Positions 19,588-29,794 of a stretch of 64,000 bases of DNA are shown one piece after another. This stretch comes from Alphaproteobacteria bacterium (GTDB lineage Bacteria > Pseudomonadota > Alphaproteobacteria > SP197). Made by a program: the position numbers and the translations under genes. Under the pieces are notes generated by a model. That model was given only the letters and a program-made list of their open reading frames with translations. It was not told the DNA's origin and did no database searches. Every line of letters starts with the position of its first letter. Position 1 is the first letter of the stretch. The DNA lies in NCBI GenBank assembly GCA_965228895.1, contig OZ245842.1:5408001-5472000 (forward strand). Direction: 5' to 3'.

Positions 19588-20439
19588 ATGCCGACCAAGA
19601 TCGAAAAAGATTCCGTTACGGGTCAGGAAACGACCGGCCACGAATGGGATGGCATCAAGGAGCTGAACAACCCGCTGCCGAGGTGGTGGCTCTACATCCT
19701 GTGGGCAACCATTATCTGGTCAATCGGCTATTACTTCTGGTCCTCGCCGATCCCCGGCATTCAAGGTTTCCAGGAACCGAAACGCGAGCAGCTGGTCGGC
19801 GAGATGGAGGCGGCGCGCGCCGAGCAGGCGGTTTTCCTGGAAAAGATCGCGGCTGCCCAGTTGGAAGAAATTCGTGACGATCCCGAACTCTTAAACTTCG
19901 CCATGGCCGGCGGTGGCTCGTCGTTTGCCGATAACTGTGCGCCGTGCCACGGCCAGGGCGGCGCCGGTGCGCCGGGATTCCCCTCGCTCGCCGATGACGC
20001 CTGGAACTGGGGCGGCACGCTGGAGGCGATCCACCAGACGATTTTGCATGGCGTGCGAAACGACGACATCCAGTCGCGTTACTCCGAGATGATGGCCTTT
20101 GGTGACGGCATCCTGGACCGAGCCCAGGTTTCCGATGTCGCCGATTATGTGCTGTCGCTGAGCGGTCAGTCTGTCGACCGCGAAGCCGCCGCGCGCGGCG
20201 AGGTGCTGTTCGAAGAGAACTGCGTCGCCTGTCATGCCGAAGGTGGCGTCGGCGACATGGAGCAGGGTGCTCCCGCACTCAACAACCAGGTCTGGCTCTA
20301 TGGCGGCACAAAAGCCGACATCGAAGCGCAGATCTGGGAGCCCCAGCATGGCGTCATGCCGGGCTGGATCGAGCGTCTGGATCCGGAAACGATCAAGATG
20401 CTGACAGTCTACGTGCACACGTTGGGTGGCGGCCAATAG
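19588..20439 (+). CDS. ccoP: cbb3-type cytochrome c oxidase subunit III
   Basis: TTGHEWDGIKELNNPLPRWW; two CxxCH motifs. Confidence 0.96.
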   Translation: MPTKIEKDSVTGQETTGHEWDGIKELNNPLPRWWLYILWATIIWSIGYYFWSSPIPGIQGFQEPKREQLVGEMEAARAEQAVFLEKIAAAQLEEIRDDPELLNFAMAGGGSSFADNCAPCHGQGGAGAPGFPSLADDAWNWGGTLEAIHQTILHGVRNDDIQSRYSEMMAFGDGILDRAQVSDVADYVLSLSGQSVDREAAARGEVLFEENCVACHAEGGVGDMEQGAPALNNQVWLYGGTKADIEAQIWEPQHGVMPGWIERLDPETIKMLTVYVHTLGGGQ

Positions 20440-20518
20440 AAGAGTAAGATGCGGGCGCGCCGTTAGAAGAAGCGTGTCACCACAACGATAACAAGACGCG
20501 AGGTCACAGTAAGGCGCC

Positions 20519-21976
20519 ATGGTCGATATCTATGGCAACGCGGACGCCCGGTCGCGCCAAGAACAAAAGCAGGAAAGCCACTACCAGAGTAGGGTCAAGG
20601 TACACCCGAAGAAGGTATCGGGCACGTTCCGGCGCCTGAAGTGGGCGATTCTGATTGTCCTGCTCGGCATCTATTACATCGCGCCGTGGATCCGCTGGGA
20701 TCGCGGACCGGGTGCTCCCGATCAGGCATTTCTGGTCGATATGCCGCACCGGCGCGCCTACTTCCTGTGGATCGAGATTTGGCCACAGGAAGTCTATTAC
20801 CTCGCCGGCATTCTCTTGTTGGGCGCCGTCGGCTTGATTTTCGTGACCAGCCTGCTCGGTCGCGTGTGGTGCGGCTATACGTGTCCGCAGACTGTCTGGA
20901 CCGACCTCTTCATGTGGGTCGAACGCCTGGTCGAAGGCGACCGCTCCAAACGATTGCGGTTGGACAAGGCGCCGACATCGTTATCAAAGGTCGCCAAGAG
21001 GGCTGCCAAACACGGCATCTGGCTGATCATCGCCGCGCTCACAGGTGGCGCCTGGATCATGTACTTCAACGACGCACCGACCGTGGTGGTCGACATCCTG
21101 ACCGGTCAGGCGTCGCTCAAGGTCTATGGTTTCTTCGCGCTGTTTACGGCGACGACGTACTTGCTGGCCGGCTGGGCGCGCGAGCAAGTCTGCGTCTATA
21201 TGTGCCCGTGGCCGCGCTTTCAGTCCGCCATGTTCGACGAGGACACGATGATCGTGACCTACGAGGGCTGGCGCGGCGAACCCCGCGGCAAACATAAGAA
21301 AGGCACGAGCTGGGAAGGTCGTGGTCACTGCGTCGACTGCAAACAATGCATCGCTGCGTGTCCGACCGGTATCGACATTCGCGATGGCGTGCAGCTTGAG
21401 TGCATCGGCTGCGCGCTGTGCATCGATGCCTGCGACGAGATCATGGAGCGGCTTGATCTGCCCAAGGGCCTGATCAGCTACGATACCGACCGCAATGTCG
21501 CTAACAAGGCCGCGGGCAAGCCGCTGGCCTATCGGCTGATCCGCCCGCGCACGATTATCTATTCCGTCCTGTTGGCCATCGTCGCCGCAGCCATGGTGTG
21601 GAGCCTGGCGACCCGTGCGCAGGTCGACATCAATGTCCTGCACGACCGCAATCCGCTCTTCGTGACTCTGTCGGACGGCAGTATCCGTAACGGCTATACG
21701 ATCAAAATCCTCAACATGACGCGCGAAGAGAAGGTCTACAAACTCGCATTCGACGGTTTGGGTTATGCCGAGATGACGGTTGTCGGCCAAGAGGATTCGG
21801 CAAGCCAGAACATCGCCCGTCTGACGGCCGATCCCGATACGGTGGCGACCTATCGCGTGTTCATGATCGTGCCGGCGGACCTGGTCCAGGGCCAGGTTCA
21901 AGACTTCGCCTTTGTGCTGACCGAACTTCAAACATCCGAAACGGTGCGGCGTGACACCGTGTTCAGAGGGCCTTGA
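20519..21976 (+). CDS. ccoG: Cytochrome c oxidase accessory ferredoxin-like protein
   Basis: WCGYTCPQT, CVYMCPW, two CxxCxxCxxxC motifs. Confidence 0.95.
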   Translation: MVDIYGNADARSRQEQKQESHYQSRVKVHPKKVSGTFRRLKWAILIVLLGIYYIAPWIRWDRGPGAPDQAFLVDMPHRRAYFLWIEIWPQEVYYLAGILLLGAVGLIFVTSLLGRVWCGYTCPQTVWTDLFMWVERLVEGDRSKRLRLDKAPTSLSKVAKRAAKHGIWLIIAALTGGAWIMYFNDAPTVVVDILTGQASLKVYGFFALFTATTYLLAGWAREQVCVYMCPWPRFQSAMFDEDTMIVTYEGWRGEPRGKHKKGTSWEGRGHCVDCKQCIAACPTGIDIRDGVQLECIGCALCIDACDEIMERLDLPKGLISYDTDRNVANKAAGKPLAYRLIRPRTIIYSVLLAIVAAAMVWSLATRAQVDINVLHDRNPLFVTLSDGSIRNGYTIKILNMTREEKVYKLAFDGLGYAEMTVVGQEDSASQNIARLTADPDTVATYRVFMIVPADLVQGQVQDFAFVLTELQTSETVRRDTVFRGP

Positions 21977-21977
21977 C

Positions 21978-22472
21978 ATGATGGGTGCAAAAGCCTGGTT
22001 GATGCGCGGCGACCGGTGGATCCCGGGTATGATCGTGCTGGGTTTCGTGGTCATGATTATTGCCAACGGCACCATGGTCTGGGTCGCGCTCAGCACGTGG
22101 ACCGGCTTGACCACCGGCGAGGCCTATAATCGCGGCTTGGCCTACAACGAAACGATCGCCCAGGCCGAAACGCGCGACGCGCTGGGATGGACGGTCGACA
22201 TCGAGACCAGCATGACGTCGGACGGTCATGAGGCCGAACTGGTTATCGCCGATGCAAACGGCGCACCGATCGACGGTGCGACGATCATCGGCAGGTTTGT
22301 CCGACCAACCCATGAAGGCTACGACTTTGACGTCAACTTCAGTCAGGTCGGGGCGGGACGTTACCGCGCGGCGTTTCTGGCACCGCTCGCCGGTCTATGG
22401 GATCTGCGGTTTGAAATCGCCAGGGGTAATGACATTTTTCGCGCGGCCGAGCGGTTGCGGCTCTCACCGTGA
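21978..22472 (+). CDS. ccoH: FixH/CcoH family protein
   Basis: N-terminal TM, AYNRGLAYN, RPTHEGYD; position in the ccoGHIS order. Confidence 0.85.
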   Translation: MMGAKAWLMRGDRWIPGMIVLGFVVMIIANGTMVWVALSTWTGLTTGEAYNRGLAYNETIAQAETRDALGWTVDIETSMTSDGHEAELVIADANGAPIDGATIIGRFVRPTHEGYDFDVNFSQVGAGRYRAAFLAPLAGLWDLRFEIARGNDIFRAAERLRLSP

Positions 22473-24712
22473 GCGACATCGTCCACCTGAAGCCCGCTTC
22501 GTCGGCCGCCCAAGGGGATGTTGCCAACGACGCGGACGCGGTGGATTGTTCGGACTTCATTCAAAGCGGCGATGACGGCGGCCATCGATTGCACCTTCTT
22601 GTCGAGGGCGCCCATTGCGGCGGCTGTGTCCGTAAGATCGAGGGCGCGCTCGCGGACTTTGACGACGTTACCGAAGCACGCATGAACCTGAGCACGCGCC
22701 GTCTTGCCGTCGGCTGGCAAGGTCAGGCCGCGCGCGCCAACACATTTGCGCGTGCGGTCGCGGGACTTGGCTTCCGCGTCATGCCTTACGATCCGATCTC
22801 GGCATCCGGCGCCTACGAACAAGACGGCCGCATGCTGCTGCGCTGCATGGCGGTTGCCGGTTTCGCCGCCGCCAACGTCATGCTGCTCTCGGTTTCCATC
22901 TGGACGGGCCACGTTGAAGGCATGACGTCGGCGACGCGGGATCTGTTCCACTGGCTATCGGCACTGATCGCGCTGCCCGCCGTTGTCTATGCCGGGCGCC
23001 CGTTTTTCCGTTCCGCGATCGCGGCGCTGCGCAACCGGCGCGCCAACATGGATGTGCCGATTTCGCTCGCCGTCATCCTGGCATCGGGCATGAGTTTGGC
23101 CGAAACGATGCGCGGCGCCGATCACGCCTATTTCGATTCGGCCGTGATGCTGCTGTTCTTCCTGTTGGTCGGCCGCTATCTCGATCACCGCGCGCGGGGC
23201 AAGGTGCGGTTTGCCGCCGAGCGGCTGCTGGCCTTGGGTCAAGCGCCGGTGACGGTGGTCAACCCGGATGGCACCCGTCAGGCGCGTCATCCCGCCAACG
23301 TCGATCTGGGTCAGCATGTGCTGGTCGCGACCGGTGAACGTGTGGCGGTCGATGGCCGCATCCTCAGCGGCGACGGCGAACTGGATACCAGTCTTATCAC
23401 CGGCGAAACGATGCCACGCCCTGCCCATGCCGGTGATGTCGTGCATGCCGGCATGCTTAACCTCGGCGCACCGTTGACGCTGGTCGTGACAGCGACCGGC
23501 GAGGGTACGGTGCTGGCTGATATTGTGCGCCTGATGGAGGCCGCCGAGCAGCGGCGTGCCGGTTATGTCGCGCTGGCCGATCGGGTCGCGCGTTTCTACG
23601 CGCCGGTCGTCCATGGGTTGGCCGCCGGCGCCTTCTTCGGCTGGTTCGTTTTGGGCGGCATGGCTTGGCAGGATGCGTTGATGATCGCCATTGCGGTCCT
23701 GATCGTCACCTGTCCGTGCGCCCTGGGCCTTGCGGTGCCGGCGGTTCAGGTCATCGCCAGCGGCCGGCTGATGCGGGGCGGCATCCTGCTGAAATCCGCG
23801 ACCGCGTTGGAGCGTTTCGCCACGATCGATACCGTCGTGTTCGACAAGACCGGCACGCTCACGCAAGGCGAGCCCGATCTGGTCAACCGTGACGCTATCG
23901 CCACTGCTGACTTGACGCTTGCTGCTTCGATGGCAGCGGCCAGCCGCCACCCACTGGCCCGCGCCGTGGTCCGGGCGGCGCCGGTCGCGCCGCTGGCCGA
24001 GGACGTTCGGGAAGTGGCTGGCTCGGGCCTTGTGATGATGCGCGACGGGGTCGAGGTGAAACTCGGCAATCGCTTGTGGTGCGGCGTTGGCCAGGACGAA
24101 CAGGATGATCTGACCGGACCGGAGTTGTGGCTGCGACGGGGCGATGGTTCGGCTGTACGGTTCGCGTTTTCCGACCGGCTGCGCGACGGTGCCAGGGACG
24201 TCGTTGCCGCCCTTAAGCGGCAGGGCCTGGAGGTCGAGTTGTTGTCCGGAGATCGTGCCGGCGCTGTCGAGGCGGCCGCTCGCGCTGCTGGCATCGATCG
24301 CTGGCAGGCGGCATGTCGGCCGGACGAAAAATGTGACCGACTTGCCGACCTTGAGCGGCAGGGGCGGCGTGTCCTCATGGTTGGTGACGGCTTGAACGAC
24401 GCGCCGGCGCTTGCCGCGGCCCATGTGTCGCTGTCACCAAGCAGCGCGGCGGATATCAGCCAGACGGCTGCGGATGCGGTGTTTCAGGGCGGTCGTCTGG
24501 ACGCCGTCCTGACCGTTCTGGACGTGGCGCGGCGCGCCAATCGCTTGGTGCGCCAGAACTTCTTTATGGCCACGGCCTACAACATCATCACCGTGCCGCT
24601 CGCGATCATGGGTTTCGTGACGCCGTTGGTTGCTGCGGCCGCGATGTCCAGTTCGTCCCTGATCGTGGTCGGCAACGCGTTGCGCCTTGCCGGGCGCAGA
24701 AGACGGTCGTGA
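22469..24712 (+). CDS. ccoI: Cu-translocating P1B-type ATPase
   Basis: HCGGC, TGE, CPC, DKTGT, HP, GDGLND. Confidence 0.93.
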   Translation: MSDIVHLKPASSAAQGDVANDADAVDCSDFIQSGDDGGHRLHLLVEGAHCGGCVRKIEGALADFDDVTEARMNLSTRRLAVGWQGQAARANTFARAVAGLGFRVMPYDPISASGAYEQDGRMLLRCMAVAGFAAANVMLLSVSIWTGHVEGMTSATRDLFHWLSALIALPAVVYAGRPFFRSAIAALRNRRANMDVPISLAVILASGMSLAETMRGADHAYFDSAVMLLFFLLVGRYLDHRARGKVRFAAERLLALGQAPVTVVNPDGTRQARHPANVDLGQHVLVATGERVAVDGRILSGDGELDTSLITGETMPRPAHAGDVVHAGMLNLGAPLTLVVTATGEGTVLADIVRLMEAAEQRRAGYVALADRVARFYAPVVHGLAAGAFFGWFVLGGMAWQDALMIAIAVLIVTCPCALGLAVPAVQVIASGRLMRGGILLKSATALERFATIDTVVFDKTGTLTQGEPDLVNRDAIATADLTLAASMAAASRHPLARAVVRAAPVAPLAEDVREVAGSGLVMMRDGVEVKLGNRLWCGVGQDEQDDLTGPELWLRRGDGSAVRFAFSDRLRDGARDVVAALKRQGLEVELLSGDRAGAVEAAARAAGIDRWQAACRPDEKCDRLADLERQGRRVLMVGDGLNDAPALAAAHVSLSPSSAADISQTAADAVFQGGRLDAVLTVLDVARRANRLVRQNFFMATAYNIITVPLAIMGFVTPLVAAAAMSSSSLIVVGNALRLAGRRRRS

Positions 24713-24879
24713 GCGGACTGCTGATCCTGATACCCGCGGCCCTGTTGCTCGGGCTCGCCGGTCTTGTCGCCTTCCTCTGGTCGCTGAAAAGCGGCCAGTA
24801 CGACGATCTCGACGGCGCTGCCGAACGCATCCTCTATGACGACAGCGACGAGTCCGACCAGGATAAGAAGGACCGCTAG
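24709..24879 (+). CDS. ccoS: cbb3 oxidase assembly protein
   Basis: LLILIP...FLWSLKSGQYDDLDGAAERIL; translated by hand. Confidence 0.9.
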   Translation: MSGLLILIPAALLLGLAGLVAFLWSLKSGQYDDLDGAAERILYDDSDESDQDKKDR

Positions 24880-24894
24880 AGCAGATCCGCTCTA
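24877..24894. repeat. Minimal remnant of a TAGAGC-type inverted-repeat element
   Basis: TAGAGC-AGATCC-GCTCTA; its ends match the elements at 34020-34157. Confidence 0.5.
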
Positions 24895-25638
24895 ACTGCC
24901 TTCCGCCAGCTCCTGAAGACCTTCGACGTCGCAGATTTCGACCTCGTGCGGTGTCGGCGTGGCAATCAGCTTGTCGCGCCGTAGCTTGGTAAAAGTCCGG
25001 CTGACCGTCTCGACCGTCAGACCGAGGTAGTCGCCCATGTCTGTGCGTGTCATGGGCAGCGCGATCCTGTCGCCCTTCAGGCCGCGCGCCTGCAGGCGCG
25101 TGGTCAGATGAAGCAGGAATGAGGCGACACGTTCAACGGCGGTCTTGCGGCCAAGCAGCAGCATTTGGTCTTGCGCGGCAATCAACTCATTGCCGGCGGT
25201 CTCCAGCAGGCGCGTTTCAAGCGCCGGTAACTCGGCAAACAGGGCTTCCAGCTTCTCCCGCGGGAAGCTGCAGATCACGCCGTCGGTGATGGTTTCCGCG
25301 CTATAGGCGTACCGTTTCTTCAGCGCGATGCCGACGAAGTCGGTGGCGAACAAGAAGCCGGTAATCTGCCGCCGTCCGTCCGGCATCAGTTTGAACAGGC
25401 GCAGCGCCCCATCAATGATGTTGTAGACGTGCTCGGCGTCATCGCCTTCCTGAAACAAGGTGCGACCGGCGGGCACGGGTATACGGGTGACAATTTTGGC
25501 CATACGGTCGATCTCGCGATCACGCAGGGCATCGCAGATCGTCAATTCGCGTACGTCGCAGGCCGCACACGGCATCAGCGCCGGCTGCTTTTTGCCTGCG
25601 TGCGCCACCGGTTGTGGCAAAATATCGAAGCGTGCCAC
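24892..25638 (-). CDS. fnrN: O2-sensing FNR-type regulator (FnrN/FnrL/AadR group)
   Basis: C-x2-C-x7-C N-terminus, internal Cys, GRRQITGF, GLTVETVSR HTH. Confidence 0.85.
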   Translation of the reverse strand: MARFDILPQPVAHAGKKQPALMPCAACDVRELTICDALRDREIDRMAKIVTRIPVPAGRTLFQEGDDAEHVYNIIDGALRLFKLMPDGRRQITGFLFATDFVGIALKKRYAYSAETITDGVICSFPREKLEALFAELPALETRLLETAGNELIAAQDQMLLLGRKTAVERVASFLLHLTTRLQARGLKGDRIALPMTRTDMGDYLGLTVETVSRTFTKLRRDKLIATPTPHEVEICDVEGLQELAEGS

Positions 25639-25712
25639 CGGTCCCCTCCAGTCGGGTTCCCTGTCCTTACATATATGTGACCGGCCGGATCATAAATCCA
25701 ATGTACGGGCCG

Positions 25713-25726
25713 TTGACCTAGGTCAA
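25713..25726. promoter_or_regulatory. FNR box
   Basis: Perfect palindrome TTGACCTAGGTCAA; TAAACT -10-like hexamer at 25748 gives class II spacing. Confidence 0.8.
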
Positions 25727-25771
25727 TTCAGACGCGGGCCTGGACGGTAAACTGCTTTACCTTGGGGCACA

Positions 25772-26269
25772 ATGCCGGTGGAAGTCATGACTGACAACCT
25801 GCATGCTAGGCCGTTGGAGCCGGATCAACTGGACAAGGCGTTCGCCTTGATCCAGATCGCTTTTCAGGACGTCTCCCTGGAGCGATGGCGCCGCCATGTC
25901 CACGAATCCGTGGACATGGATAACGATAACGCGGGCTGGATCGCGATCGAGGACGACAAGGGCTACATCCACGGCCTCGTCGCCTATCACGTCCAGCCGG
26001 ACTTGATGTGTGGGCGCACGTTGATCGGCCATGACATCATCGTTGCGGGCGTTGCGTTGGGCCAGATAACCGCATGCGCCGTCGAAGGTTTGTCGCAGAT
26101 GGCCCGGCGGGCCGGGTGCGGTGCGGTTCACATCAACCAGATCGGCAGCGGCGGTGAGGCGTTTGATCGCGATCACGAAGGGCTGCGGGACATTCTCTTG
26201 CAATGCGGCTTCGTCGATCGCGGCACGCATTTGTGCCTGCGCCGTGTCGGGTGCTGCCCGCGTTCGTGA
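25772..26269 (+). CDS. Hypothetical protein, possibly degenerate GNAT fold
   Basis: ARPL..., GYIHGLVAY, MARRAGCGAVHI, LLQCGF; divergent from the FNR regulator. Confidence 0.55.
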   Translation: MPVEVMTDNLHARPLEPDQLDKAFALIQIAFQDVSLERWRRHVHESVDMDNDNAGWIAIEDDKGYIHGLVAYHVQPDLMCGRTLIGHDIIVAGVALGQITACAVEGLSQMARRAGCGAVHINQIGSGGEAFDRDHEGLRDILLQCGFVDRGTHLCLRRVGCCPRS

Positions 26270-26358
26270 TCGGCGCCGTCTCCTCAATTCCGCCAAATTG
26301 ATCCCGCTATATCCCTGACAGTCGAGCGCGCCTCAGAACCGGGGAGTTTTATCCGGGT

Positions 26359-27885
26359 ATGTTGTCGCGTCGTGCGTGTTTGGGTTGCGGCACCGCCGCT
26401 GTTTTGTTGCCGCTGGGTCATCGTCCGGCGTCTGCAGGTGCGTTCAGTTTCGAAACCGTCAAGGCGATGGCGGCCGAGCGGGCGGCAAACCCGTTTGACG
26501 ATGCCCATCCGCCACTGCCCGATTCGCTGCGCGATCTCGACTATGACGGTTATCGCAAGATCAGGTTCAAGCCCGACGGTGCCTTGTGGCACGGTGACGG
26601 ACGCTTCAGCCTGCAGTTCTTTCACCTGGGCTTTTTGTTCAAGCGGCCGATCGCCATCAACCTCGTCGAAGCCGGAGAGGCGGTACCGCTGGCCTATGAG
26701 CGCGAGATGTTCGACTTTGGCGGCAACGATCTCGGTGAAGGCCTGGCGGAAGTCACCGGGTTCGCAGGTTTCCGCGTGCACTTTCCCTTGCATCAGCCCG
26801 ACTATGACGACGAGATCGCCGTCTTCTTAGGCGCGTCGTACTTTCGGGTGCTCGGGCGCGAGCAGATCTATGGCATTTCGGCGCGCGCGCTGGCCATCGA
26901 CACGGCCAGCGAAACCGGCGAGGAGTTCCCCTTTTTCCGCGCCTTCTGGATCGAGAAACCGGCTGCGGATTCCGATCACATCGTCATCAACGCGCTGCTC
27001 GACAGCCAGAGCGTGGCCGGCGCCTACCGCTTCACGATTACGCCGGGCACCGACACGGTGGTCGATGTCGAAAGTGTCGTCTACCCGCGCCGTGACGTCG
27101 CCAAGCTCGGCGTCGTCCCGCTGACCAGCATGTATCTGTTTGGTGAGAACGACCGTGTCGACGTCGATGACATCCGCCCGGAGGTGCACGACTCCGACGG
27201 GCTCGCCATTCATCATGCGAACGGTGAATGGGTGTGGCGGCCTCTGGTCAACCGCGACGAGCTGACAATCACGCCGATCGCCGCCGATCCGCCCCAGGGG
27301 TTTGGCTTGATGCAGCGCGACCGCGACTTCGCAAGTTATCTGGATGTGGAGGCCGAGTACGAACGTCGGCCCGGGCTGTGGATCGAGCCGCAGGGCGATT
27401 GGGGGCCGGGCCGGATAGAGCTCGTCGAAATCCCCAGCCAGCGCGAAATCCATGACAACATCGTCTCCTATTGGGTGCCCGACGAACCGGTCGTTGCCGG
27501 CCAACCTCTGGACTTCAACTACCGTCTGACGGCAACACTCAACGGATCTGCCGGCCAGCCGCCCGGTGGGTGGGTCATGGCGACCCGGGTCGGTAAGGCC
27601 AATCCCTGGCTGGAAGAGGACACGGGTCCGGCACGTCAGTTCGTCATCGACTTTGCCGGTGGTGACCTCGATCTGTTGCGGCCTGAGCAGCAGGTGACCG
27701 GCGACGTCGCGATCAGCGCCGGCCGCATCGAACCGGTGGTCGTCAAGGCGGTGCCGGAAATCGGCTGTTGGCGGGCGGCCTTCATCTATGAGCCCGACGG
27801 CGCGCCGGCGGATCTCCGATGTTTCCTGAAACTCGACGATACGATCCTGACCGAGACATGGAGCTATTTATGGACGCCGGCCTAA
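26359..27885 (+). CDS. opgG: Periplasmic glucan biosynthesis protein (OpgG/OpgD family)
   Basis: SRR Tat-like signal, YRKIRF, FLGASYFR, EEFP, RPEVHDSDGL, ETWSY. Confidence 0.9.
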   Translation: MLSRRACLGCGTAAVLLPLGHRPASAGAFSFETVKAMAAERAANPFDDAHPPLPDSLRDLDYDGYRKIRFKPDGALWHGDGRFSLQFFHLGFLFKRPIAINLVEAGEAVPLAYEREMFDFGGNDLGEGLAEVTGFAGFRVHFPLHQPDYDDEIAVFLGASYFRVLGREQIYGISARALAIDTASETGEEFPFFRAFWIEKPAADSDHIVINALLDSQSVAGAYRFTITPGTDTVVDVESVVYPRRDVAKLGVVPLTSMYLFGENDRVDVDDIRPEVHDSDGLAIHHANGEWVWRPLVNRDELTITPIAADPPQGFGLMQRDRDFASYLDVEAEYERRPGLWIEPQGDWGPGRIELVEIPSQREIHDNIVSYWVPDEPVVAGQPLDFNYRLTATLNGSAGQPPGGWVMATRVGKANPWLEEDTGPARQFVIDFAGGDLDLLRPEQQVTGDVAISAGRIEPVVVKAVPEIGCWRAAFIYEPDGAPADLRCFLKLDDTILTETWSYLWTPA

Positions 27886-29714
27886 GACGGTCATCTTGGG
27901 CCTGGCGCCCACTCCTGTTCGCGACCCTGGTCCTGGCCAGCGTTGGCGCCGGCGGCTGGGTCATGACGACTATTCTGGCGAACGAGGGCCTGAACGAACT
28001 TGAGCTGTTGATCCTTGCACTGTTTGTCGTGACGTTTGGCTGGATCGCCGTTTCGTTCTGGACGGCGGTCTTGGGCGGCACGGTAACGCTGATTGCCCGC
28101 ATCAAAGGTGTCGCGCCGGCGCGTCTGGTGACACCGCTAGATGTTGGCGACGTGGCCCCTGGAACGGCACGGGTTGCGCTGGTCATGCCGGTCTACCAGG
28201 AAGACGCCGATCAGGTTGTCGCCGGTCTGATGGCGATGCACCGTGCACTGGTGGCACAAGGGTGCCGGGAACGTTTCGACGTCTTTCTGTTGAGTGACAC
28301 GCCGGCAGGCGAAGCGGCCGCTTACGAGGAAGACGCGTTCGCCGCCTACGAGCGGGCGACATGCGCGGAGGGCCGCAGCATCTATCGCCGCCGCGCCGCG
28401 AACCATCGGCGTAAGGTCGGCAACCTCGAAGACTTTTGCCAGCGCTGGGGCGCCGACTACGACTTCATGCTGGTGCTGGATGCCGACAGCATCATGGCCG
28501 GCTCGACCATGGTGCGTTTGGCAGCCTTGATGGAGGCCAACCCGGATGTCGGCCTGATCCAGTCGCAACCGCTGCCGGTCGGTCAGCAGACGTTGTTCGG
28601 CCGTGTCCTTCAGTTCGCCAACCGGCTTGCCGGCCCGTTGATGGCGACCGGGCTCGCCTTCTGGCAAGGGCGCAACGGCAACTATTGGGGACACAACGCG
28701 ATCGTCAGGCTCGACGCATTTACGGACCATTGCACGCTGCCGGATCTGCCTGGCAGACCGCCCCTGGGTGGCGAGATCTTGAGTCACGACTTTGTCGAGG
28801 CGGCGTTTTTGGCGCGTGCCGGCTATGCGGTCTGGCTGTTGCCGGATGCCGAAGGCAGCTATGAGGAGCTGCCGGGTGACGTCATCGCGTTCGCGACGCG
28901 CGATCGGCGCTGGTGTCAGGGCAATCTGCAGCACCTTCGCCTAATCGGACTGCGTGGCCTGACCCTGCTGAGCCGCTTGCACCTGAGCATGGGTGCGCTG
29001 GCCTATCTGTCGTCGCTTCTTTGGCTCGGTTTTCTCGTGCTGTCGCTGGCGGATCTCGGCTACACCCGGCTCGTCGGCCATGCGTATTTCCCCGAGGGCT
29101 ATAGCCTGTTCCCGAACTGGCCCGAAGACCGGACCGAAGAGACGTTGTCGCTGTTTGCCGTCACCATGGCGATGCTTGCGACGCCACGGCTACTCGCCCT
29201 TGCCCTGACCCTGATCGATAGACCGATGCGGCGTGCCTTTGGCGGCGGCGTGCGGGTCGTGATCAGCACAATCCTGGAGATCGCCTTTTCCGCGCTGCTG
29301 GCGCCGATCATGATGGTGCATCACGCGTTCTTTTCGGTTGCCGTTTTGGTCGGCAGCGCTGTCGGTTGGAAGGCGCAACGCCGCAGCGTGCGCGCTCTGA
29401 CATGGACCGATGCGGCACGTCCGCATGTCGCGGCCACCGTGATCGGTATCTTGACCGGCTTCGGCGTCTTGCTTCTGGCACCCGATTACATTTGGTGGCT
29501 GCTACCCGTGGTCATCGGTCTCGTGCTCTCGATACCGTTTGTCTGGGTCACCGCACGGCCCGACGTCGGGCTTGCCGCACGCCGCCATGGGCTCTTCCTG
29601 ATCCCCGAAGAAGTCGCGCCGCCGGACGTGCTTTCCCACACGGTGGATCTTGCCGCCCGCAACGATAGCCGTCCGTCGCCACGCCATGTGCCAGGTCTCG
29701 TCCAGCCGAGCTGA
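27870..29714 (+). CDS. opgH: Glucan biosynthesis glucosyltransferase
   Basis: LSDT, RKVGN, LDADS, NYWGHNAI, SHDFVEAA, RDRRWCQGNLQH. Confidence 0.93.
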   Translation: MDAGLRRSSWAWRPLLFATLVLASVGAGGWVMTTILANEGLNELELLILALFVVTFGWIAVSFWTAVLGGTVTLIARIKGVAPARLVTPLDVGDVAPGTARVALVMPVYQEDADQVVAGLMAMHRALVAQGCRERFDVFLLSDTPAGEAAAYEEDAFAAYERATCAEGRSIYRRRAANHRRKVGNLEDFCQRWGADYDFMLVLDADSIMAGSTMVRLAALMEANPDVGLIQSQPLPVGQQTLFGRVLQFANRLAGPLMATGLAFWQGRNGNYWGHNAIVRLDAFTDHCTLPDLPGRPPLGGEILSHDFVEAAFLARAGYAVWLLPDAEGSYEELPGDVIAFATRDRRWCQGNLQHLRLIGLRGLTLLSRLHLSMGALAYLSSLLWLGFLVLSLADLGYTRLVGHAYFPEGYSLFPNWPEDRTEETLSLFAVTMAMLATPRLLALALTLIDRPMRRAFGGGVRVVISTILEIAFSALLAPIMMVHHAFFSVAVLVGSAVGWKAQRRSVRALTWTDAARPHVAATVIGILTGFGVLLLAPDYIWWLLPVVIGLVLSIPFVWVTARPDVGLAARRHGLFLIPEEVAPPDVLSHTVDLAARNDSRPSPRHVPGLVQPS

Positions 29715-29794
29715 TCCGACCACGCACACGATCTAGGTTCTGGTCTCCACGCTACGTGGCGTCCTATTCTCTGCGCCACCTGGTCGGAGGAACG

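Noticed and set aside
17186-29714. ccoNOQP-GHIS, fnrN and opgGH as novel systems
   Set aside because: Well-characterised, standard arrangements.
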